Assembly (NCBI GenBank): GCA_023898565.1
Contig: CP060228.1
Span: forward strand, 776,930 to 840,929
Length of the DNA: 64,000 bases
From: Candidatus Nomurabacteria bacterium
GTDB taxonomy: Bacteria > Patescibacteriota > Minisyncoccia > Phycocordibacterales > UBA918
Direction of reading: 5' to 3'
Shown: piece by piece, positions 58,768-64,000 of the stretch
How the letters are laid out: each line of letters opens with the position of its first letter
Position numbering within the stretch: position 1 is the first letter of the stretch
Position numbers and translations under genes: made by a program
The notes under the pieces: generated by a model
What the model was told of the DNA's origin: nothing
Database searches by the model: none
The model's input: the letters and a program-made list of their open reading frames with translations, nothing else

Positions 58768-60104
58768 TTTCACGTGTACTCACAGCACTAGAAAACGGTT
58801 TACGCACGATGCGCTTGAATACTCGGTTCATGCTCGTTGGAGTGCTTGTATTTGTATTTCCTCTAGCATTTATTTGGATCACCGAGAGCTTTTTTAGCGC
58901 CTCATACGAGAATATTCACACTGTGCAAAAACAGCGAGTAGGAATGGCACACGACACAGTCACCGCACTTCTCCTGAATGCCGAATCAGACAGGCAGCTC
59001 CTAACATCCGTCATAAAAAAGGTGAAAACCGATAACGAGGACGTTTCAAAGTTTAGAGTATATCTACAGACGCCAAACGGCCTCCTGGTGGTAGCTGCGG
59101 CTGATGATGCACTGATTGGGAATTATGATCCTACTGCCGAAGAGATCAAAAAGCTTGGTTTCTCAAATGTGTTAGACTTCCAGCTCTTAGAATTTCTGAT
59201 TGATGGCAATAGGGTTTGGCAAGCCTATAAATGGGTGCCCGTTGCAAGTAACGATTACTATATTTTTACGGAACTCGACCTATCTCGCGTGGACCGCACC
59301 ATGTCATATCGTCGTCAGCAGTCGTACTTCGGACTGACTGGCATCTTTATTTTTTTGCTGGCGCTGGCATATTGGCTACGTAAGCAAGTTGACTGGAAGG
59401 CTAAACACGAGCATTTGTCTGAACTCATGCACGAGCGTGACCTTTTTTCTAACATGATTGCCCATGAATTTAGGTCTCCACTAACAGCTATCAAGGGCTA
59501 CGCAAGTTTTCTTGAGGAATCACAAAACCTACCTCCTGACGAACGTCGTTTTGCAGGGAATATCCATAAATCTGCTCAAGGACTTATCGCACTTGTGAGC
59601 GATTTCCTCGAGGTAGCTCGCCTACAGTCTGGTACTTTGAAGCTAAACCTAGAGACGGTGGACGTGCGCACGCTCGTAGCAAACACCCTTGAAAACATGC
59701 AATCACTAGCGCAAGAAAAGGGGTTGGCACTCGAATTCGAGGAGCCGAGCGCCCCACTCGAACTTCATACTGATCCGGCCCGCTTATCGCAAGTGCTGAC
59801 CAACATCATTTCAAATGCTATTAAGTACACCAATCACGGCTCTGTTAAACTCCGGTGTGATTCAGACTACAACACAGTGAGCATTAGAGTTATGGACACG
59901 GGAATGGGCATTAGCGCCGAAGATCAAAAAAAGCTTTTTACTCCATTCATGCGCGTCGGGGGCGTTGATAATGCAAAGATTACCGGCACCGGTCTCGGCA
60001 TGTACATCACGAAACAGTTGGTAGGGATTTTACACGGCACCATTGGAATTGAATCAATTAAAGGTGTCGGCAGTCACGTGGTGATTACCATTAAAACAAA
60101 GTAA
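58764..60104 (+). CDS. Sensor histidine kinase (2 TM, HisKA plus HATPase_c)
   Basis: The H-box is 'HEFRSPLTAIKGYASFL'. N/G boxes are present ('ISNAIKYTNHGSV', 'GTGLGMYITKQLV'). Confidence 0.85.
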   Translation: MISRVLTALENGLRTMRLNTRFMLVGVLVFVFPLAFIWITESFFSASYENIHTVQKQRVGMAHDTVTALLLNAESDRQLLTSVIKKVKTDNEDVSKFRVYLQTPNGLLVVAAADDALIGNYDPTAEEIKKLGFSNVLDFQLLEFLIDGNRVWQAYKWVPVASNDYYIFTELDLSRVDRTMSYRRQQSYFGLTGIFIFLLALAYWLRKQVDWKAKHEHLSELMHERDLFSNMIAHEFRSPLTAIKGYASFLEESQNLPPDERRFAGNIHKSAQGLIALVSDFLEVARLQSGTLKLNLETVDVRTLVANTLENMQSLAQEKGLALEFEEPSAPLELHTDPARLSQVLTNIISNAIKYTNHGSVKLRCDSDYNTVSIRVMDTGMGISAEDQKKLFTPFMRVGGVDNAKITGTGLGMYITKQLVGILHGTIGIESIKGVGSHVVITIKTK

Positions 60105-60170
60105 CGCACTATTTTGCTGCACTGCTCAAAAGTGTGTCGTGCGCTCATTCGCTCGACTACTTGCAAGTAA

Positions 60171-60198
60171 TTGCACCTAGGCCGCTTATTTGTATAAT
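60171..60198 (+). promoter_or_regulatory. Sigma70-type promoter for uvrA (TTGCAC-16nt-TATAAT). A downstream inverted repeat TTCAC-N6-GTGAA (60211-60226) lies at or after the predicted TSS
   Basis: It was read directly from the sequence. The -10 is a perfect TATAAT. Confidence 0.55.
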
Positions 60199-60237
60199 GA
60201 CTATACGACCTTCACCATCATGTGAAGGTATGCTCAT

Positions 60238-62889
60238 ATGGCAGAAAACAACAAGAAAAAAACAACTAAAACAAAGTGGGAAGATGATACAGGAGTAGGC
60301 GGTGGCAAGCTCTCAATTCGCGGTGCGCGCACACACAATCTAAAAAATATCGATGTCGAGATGCCTCGCGGCAAGATGATTGCGATTACTGGTCCATCAG
60401 GCTCAGGAAAGTCATCTTTAGCGTTTGACACCATCTTCGCCGAAGGACAACGGCGTTATGTCGAGTCACTTTCGCCGTATGCGCGTCAGTTCCTCAACAA
60501 AATGCAAAAGCCTGACGTCGACGAAATCTCTGGTCTTTCACCAGCCATTTCTATCGATCAAAAATCTGCCTCACGAAACCCACGTTCAACAGTTGCTACC
60601 ATCACTGAAATTTACGACTACCTCCGTATCGTCTACGCGCGTATTGGTCAGCCGTACTGTCTTGATGTTGACACGCCAATTCAGAAGCTGTCTCAAGACG
60701 AAATCCTCAATATCGTCCTTAAATCAATCGAGGAAAAAGAAGTAAAAGCTGCTACTAAAAAGCAGTCGGAAAAGGTGATGGGGATTGAGGTCTCAAAGGG
60801 TCGCGTGGCAATTTTTGCTCCGATGGTAGTGGGGCGTAAAGGCGAATACTATCAACTCCTCTATGATTTGCTCGGCAAGGGATTCGAGACAGTAAAGATC
60901 GACGGCCAAATTAAGCAGCTACGTGAACGCATTGAGCTGACGAAGACAAAGCGACATGATATCGATGTTCTTATTGATGAGATTTATGTCAGCGAATTTA
61001 CTGACGATCCGAAAGGATCACGTGAGCGATTGTCTGAAGCGGTGGAAATTGCACTGCATGAAGCTAATGGTCTGGTGAAAATCGAAAGCCCCGATGGCGG
61101 AGAGCGCACACTCTCAGCAAAATTTATTTGTCCAGTCGACGGGTCATCATTTCCAGAAGTAGAACCACGTCTCTTTTCATTTAACTCACCGTACGGAGCC
61201 TGCCCAGAGTGTAATGGCCTGGGTGTAGTGGGAATTTTTCAAAACGACGAGTGTCCAGTCTGTAAGGGTGCGCGTTTGCGCAAAGAAGCGCTGCGTGTCT
61301 ACCTCGGTGGCGATGGTAAAAAGAACTTAGGTACGAATATTGTTGGTTTTACCAATATGACGGTAGCAGAAGCAGCCGATTTTGTGTCAAACCTCAAGCT
61401 CTCAAAGAAAGATGAAGAAATTGCCTGGCCAGCGCTTCGTGAAGTAATCGAACGGCTCGACTTTATGAAGGATGTAGGAATTGAGTATCTCACGCTTGAT
61501 CGTCGAGCCAACACACTTTCTGGTGGCGAAGCACAGCGTATTCGCTTAGCTTCTCAGCTCGGCTCAGGACTCGTAGGAGCGCTCTACGTGCTCGATGAGC
61601 CAACGATTGGTCTTCATCAGCGCGATAATGACAAGCTGATTAAAACCCTGCAGGAGTTGCGCGACCTCGGAAATACCATTGTGGTTGTTGAACACGATGA
61701 AGATACCATTTACGCTGCTGACTATTTGGTAGACATTGGTCCTGGAGCCGGTGTTCATGGCGGTAATGTAATTGTAGCTGACTATCTGGAGAAGCTCCTT
61801 AGTGATAAGAAAAATGAGTCCGGCTCAATCACACTCGACTACTTGCGTGGCGACCGAAAAATTGAAATTCCAGAACGTCGTACGAGTGAAAAAGGAAAGA
61901 TTCAAATTAAGGGTGGCAAAGCCTTTAATATTAAAAACTTAAATGTCGATATTCCACTCGGCCGCCTCATCTGTGTCACTGGGGTTTCTGGCTCTGGTAA
62001 ATCTACCTTCATGTACGAGATCGTAGACCGCAATCTTAAGGCACGCCTTGAGAAACGTCACCGCACGGCAAAAATTTACAACTGCAAAACTTTCACGGGT
62101 ACCGAATACCTCGGACGTTCAGTGCTGATTGATCAATCTCCGATTGGGCGTACACCACGCTCAAACCCCGCTACCTACACCGGTGCGTTTACGCACATTC
62201 GCGACTTATTTGCGGCCACGAGCGAAGCGCGAGCGCGTGGCTGGAAGCCAGGCCGCTTCAGCTTCAACGTGAAGGGCGGACGCTGTGAGGCGTGTCAGGG
62301 TAATGGCGTGATCGCGGTTGAAATGCATTTCTTGCCGACGGTGTTTGTGACCTGTGACGTCTGTGACGGCAAGCGTTTCACCAAAGAGACGCTTGAAGTC
62401 TACTACAAGAAGAAAAATATCCACGAAGTGCTCCACATGACCATCGAGGAAGCACATGATTTCTTCATTGATGTCCCGGCAATTCAGGAGCGCTTGAAGT
62501 CACTCCTTGATGTGGGACTCAGCTACCTCGAGCTCGGCCAGAGCGCTACTACACTTTCTGGTGGCGAAGCACAGCGCGTAAAGATTGCGTCTGAACTCTA
62601 CCGACCACACACCCAGAAGACGATTTATCTTCTCGATGAGCCGACCATTGGTCTTCATTACGAAGATGTGCGCAAGCTGATTGAAATCTTGCAGCAGCTC
62701 GTCGACCGTGGTAATACCGTAATGGTAATTGAGCACAACCTTGATCTCGTCAAAAGTGCTGATTACATCATTGATATTGGCCCTGAAGGCGGAGCAGGCG
62801 GCGGTCAGATTGTTGCCAAAGGCACCCCTGAGGAAGTCGCCGAGGTAGAAAAGTCACACACCGGACGATACTTAAAGAAAATATTGTAA
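60238..62889 (+). CDS. uvrA: Excinuclease ABC subunit A
   Basis: It has two ABC modules ('[12 protein letters not shown]' and '[13 protein letters not shown]'), zinc-finger cysteines and the signature 'LSGGEAQR' twice. Confidence 0.95.
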   Translation: MAENNKKKTTKTKWEDDTGVGGGKLSIRGARTHNLKNIDVEMPRGKMIAITGPSGSGKSSLAFDTIFAEGQRRYVESLSPYARQFLNKMQKPDVDEISGLSPAISIDQKSASRNPRSTVATITEIYDYLRIVYARIGQPYCLDVDTPIQKLSQDEILNIVLKSIEEKEVKAATKKQSEKVMGIEVSKGRVAIFAPMVVGRKGEYYQLLYDLLGKGFETVKIDGQIKQLRERIELTKTKRHDIDVLIDEIYVSEFTDDPKGSRERLSEAVEIALHEANGLVKIESPDGGERTLSAKFICPVDGSSFPEVEPRLFSFNSPYGACPECNGLGVVGIFQNDECPVCKGARLRKEALRVYLGGDGKKNLGTNIVGFTNMTVAEAADFVSNLKLSKKDEEIAWPALREVIERLDFMKDVGIEYLTLDRRANTLSGGEAQRIRLASQLGSGLVGALYVLDEPTIGLHQRDNDKLIKTLQELRDLGNTIVVVEHDEDTIYAADYLVDIGPGAGVHGGNVIVADYLEKLLSDKKNESGSITLDYLRGDRKIEIPERRTSEKGKIQIKGGKAFNIKNLNVDIPLGRLICVTGVSGSGKSTFMYEIVDRNLKARLEKRHRTAKIYNCKTFTGTEYLGRSVLIDQSPIGRTPRSNPATYTGAFTHIRDLFAATSEARARGWKPGRFSFNVKGGRCEACQGNGVIAVEMHFLPTVFVTCDVCDGKRFTKETLEVYYKKKNIHEVLHMTIEEAHDFFIDVPAIQERLKSLLDVGLSYLELGQSATTLSGGEAQRVKIASELYRPHTQKTIYLLDEPTIGLHYEDVRKLIEILQQLVDRGNTVMVIEHNLDLVKSADYIIDIGPEGGAGGGQIVAKGTPEEVAEVEKSHTGRYLKKIL

Positions 62890-62893
62890 TTGT

Positions 62894-62919
62894 AAAAGCG
62901 GCCAAAGGGCCGCTTTTGG
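62894..62919. terminator. Bidirectional Rho-independent terminator between convergent uvrA and the minus-strand small gene
   Basis: AAAAGCGGCC-AAAG-GGCCGCTTTT has symmetric A and T tracts. Confidence 0.8.
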
Positions 62920-63231
62920 TTATGCCACATCAAGGAGTGGCGAAAGCAAAGGGGAGCCATGTTTCCGCTCGAGTGCAGCTGTAATGCGTCCAAATGCTTG
63001 CATTGCGCCATGCTCGTGGAAAAGCTCGTCCCAACGTGGATCAGTTGCTGACTTTGGCGTATCACCGTACACCCAGATGAAAAATTCTCGCCAAAATACT
63101 TCGTCTACTGATGAAGTGGTTTGGCGAACCAACTCGCAATTGTTTGACTTGCGAATAAAGCGCAGCAGCCGCTTGCGCGTAGCGCGATACATGGGATCAG
63201 ACCGCTTATGAACAGCAACTTTTACAGTCAT
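62920..63231 (-). CDS. Hypothetical protein (103 aa), the only minus-strand gene in the window
   Basis: A GGAGGT Shine-Dalgarno sequence lies 6 nt upstream of the ATG (rc of 63232-63250). It is convergent with uvrA and shares the terminator. No recognisable domain was found. Confidence 0.5.
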   Translation of the reverse strand: MTVKVAVHKRSDPMYRATRKRLLRFIRKSNNCELVRQTTSSVDEVFWREFFIWVYGDTPKSATDPRWDELFHEHGAMQAFGRITAALERKHGSPLLSPLLDVA

Positions 63232-63305
63232 TGCGCACCTCCATATGACAACTAGAACACTCTAAAAACTAACTATACCACCAGTAACGAAACTAATCTG
63301 CGCAT

Positions 63306-63333
63306 TTGTGCACAATTCTAAAATTGCTATAGT
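63306..63333 (+). promoter_or_regulatory. Putative promoter of uvrC (TTGTGC-16nt-TATAGT) with the -10 box 7 nt before the ATG, suggesting a leaderless mRNA. A 10-bp palindrome TTGTGCACAA overlaps the -35
   Basis: It was read directly from the sequence. Confidence 0.45.
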
Positions 63334-63340
63334 TAGCAGC

Positions 63341-64000
63341 ATGAAAAAAGCGGATTTGGCCAAGAAAAAGCTACCTGATGCACCTGGTGTGTATTTTTTT
63401 CTTGGATCAAAAAAGAAAATCCTTTATATCGGAAAGGCAACTTCACTCAAGAACCGCGTCCGCAGCTATTTCTCAGACGACCTCATCGAGAAGCGCTCCG
63501 AGCTTATCGACAAGATGGTAAAGGAAGCTGTGACTGTCGAATGGACCGAAACCGACAGCGTGCTTGAAGCGCTTATCCTTGAAACCAATCTCATTCGCAG
63601 TCACAAGCCTCATTTCAACACTCGCAGCAAAGACGACAAAAGTTACAACCATCTGGTAATCACTAATGAGGAATTTCCACGAGTACTAGTAGTACGTGGT
63701 AAAGACCTGACCGAAAAGTTTAGTAACGACGACATTAAGTATGAGTTCGGTCCATTTCCGAGTGGCTCACTATTCCGCGAGGCGCTTAAAATTATCCGTA
63801 AACTCTTTCAGTTTTATGACACCAGAGTGCCAGTCGGTAGCGAGAAAACAAAAATGGCTCGTGGAAAAATAGATTTTAATCGCCAAATTGGACTCTATCC
63901 AGGCCAACAATCAAAGGCAGAATACGCTAAGACCATTCGCCACATCAAGCTTTTTTTTGAAGGCAAAAAGCAGCAAATCATCAAAGAACTGGAGAAGGAA
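63341..64000 (+). CDS. uvrC: Excinuclease ABC subunit C, N-terminal GIY-YIG part (3'-truncated by the window end)
   Basis: The GIY-YIG block is 'GVYFFLGSKKKILYIGKATSLKNRVRSYF'. The frame is open to nt 64000. Confidence 0.85.
   Translation, partial: MKKADLAKKKLPDAPGVYFFLGSKKKILYIGKATSLKNRVRSYFSDDLIEKRSELIDKMVKEAVTVEWTETDSVLEALILETNLIRSHKPHFNTRSKDDKSYNHLVITNEEFPRVLVVRGKDLTEKFSNDDIKYEFGPFPSGSLFREALKIIRKLFQFYDTRVPVGSEKTKMARGKIDFNRQIGLYPGQQSKAEYAKTIRHIKLFFEGKKQQIIKELEKE

Noticed and set aside
1-64000. CRISPR arrays, rRNA, tRNA, IS elements or transposases
   Set aside because: No short direct repeats with unique spacers were seen. All repeats found are in-frame protein-coding duplications. No transposase or integrase motifs or rRNA-like segments were seen, and no structure in the intergenic regions fits a tRNA cloverleaf.

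Overview
All but one gene in this 64-kb window are on the + strand, most of them tightly packed or overlapping. The window has two parts.

Part A (1 to about 47 kb) is an accessory cell-surface locus. It opens with a 5'-truncated giant ORF of more than 7,250 codons with no internal stop. That protein is a mosaic of repeated DUF2341-like and LamG/concanavalin-like units, FN3 domains, carboxypeptidase-regulatory-like domains, parallel beta-helix-like G/T/S-rich repeats and an unassigned 'WRxDDG...YCFR' domain. Downstream genes encode:
- an FN3-repeat secreted protein;
- an ABC transporter (ATPase with an unusual C-terminal extension, plus an FtsX/MacB-type permease);
- four proteins sharing a conserved C-terminal domain of about 150 aa (the giant protein, a 627-aa protein, a 385-aa protein and a 2,063-aa BNR-containing protein);
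- three CscA-like (DUF916/DUF3324-like) proteins with a C-terminal TM anchor, one fused to a LytR_C domain;
- cohesin-like membrane proteins and dockerin-containing proteins, one with Myxococcus-type cysteine-rich repeats.

Part B (about 47 to 64 kb) is housekeeping. It carries a degenerate thioredoxin-fold protein, an AI-2E transporter, a CapA-like phosphoesterase, an FKBP PPIase, tgt, an HD-domain (p)ppGpp-hydrolase-like gene, uvrB, a two-component system flanking a Lys-rich/Ca-binding membrane protein, uvrA and the uvrC 5' end. One small convergent gene on the minus strand also has a good RBS.

There are clear Rho-independent terminators and a sigma70-type uvrA promoter. The other visible -10-like boxes sit only 6 to 10 nt upstream of their start codons, suggesting leaderless mRNAs. 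There is no CRISPR array, rRNA, tRNA or transposase.

Gene content and architecture (giant surface proteins, cohesin/dockerin, Cys-rich repeats, uniform strand, overlapping genes) suggest a monoderm, reduced-genome bacterium such as a CPR/Patescibacteria member. This is inference. The most interesting candidate system is a combined WxL/Csc-like plus cohesin-dockerin surface-display locus anchored by a more than 7,250-aa adhesin-like protein.
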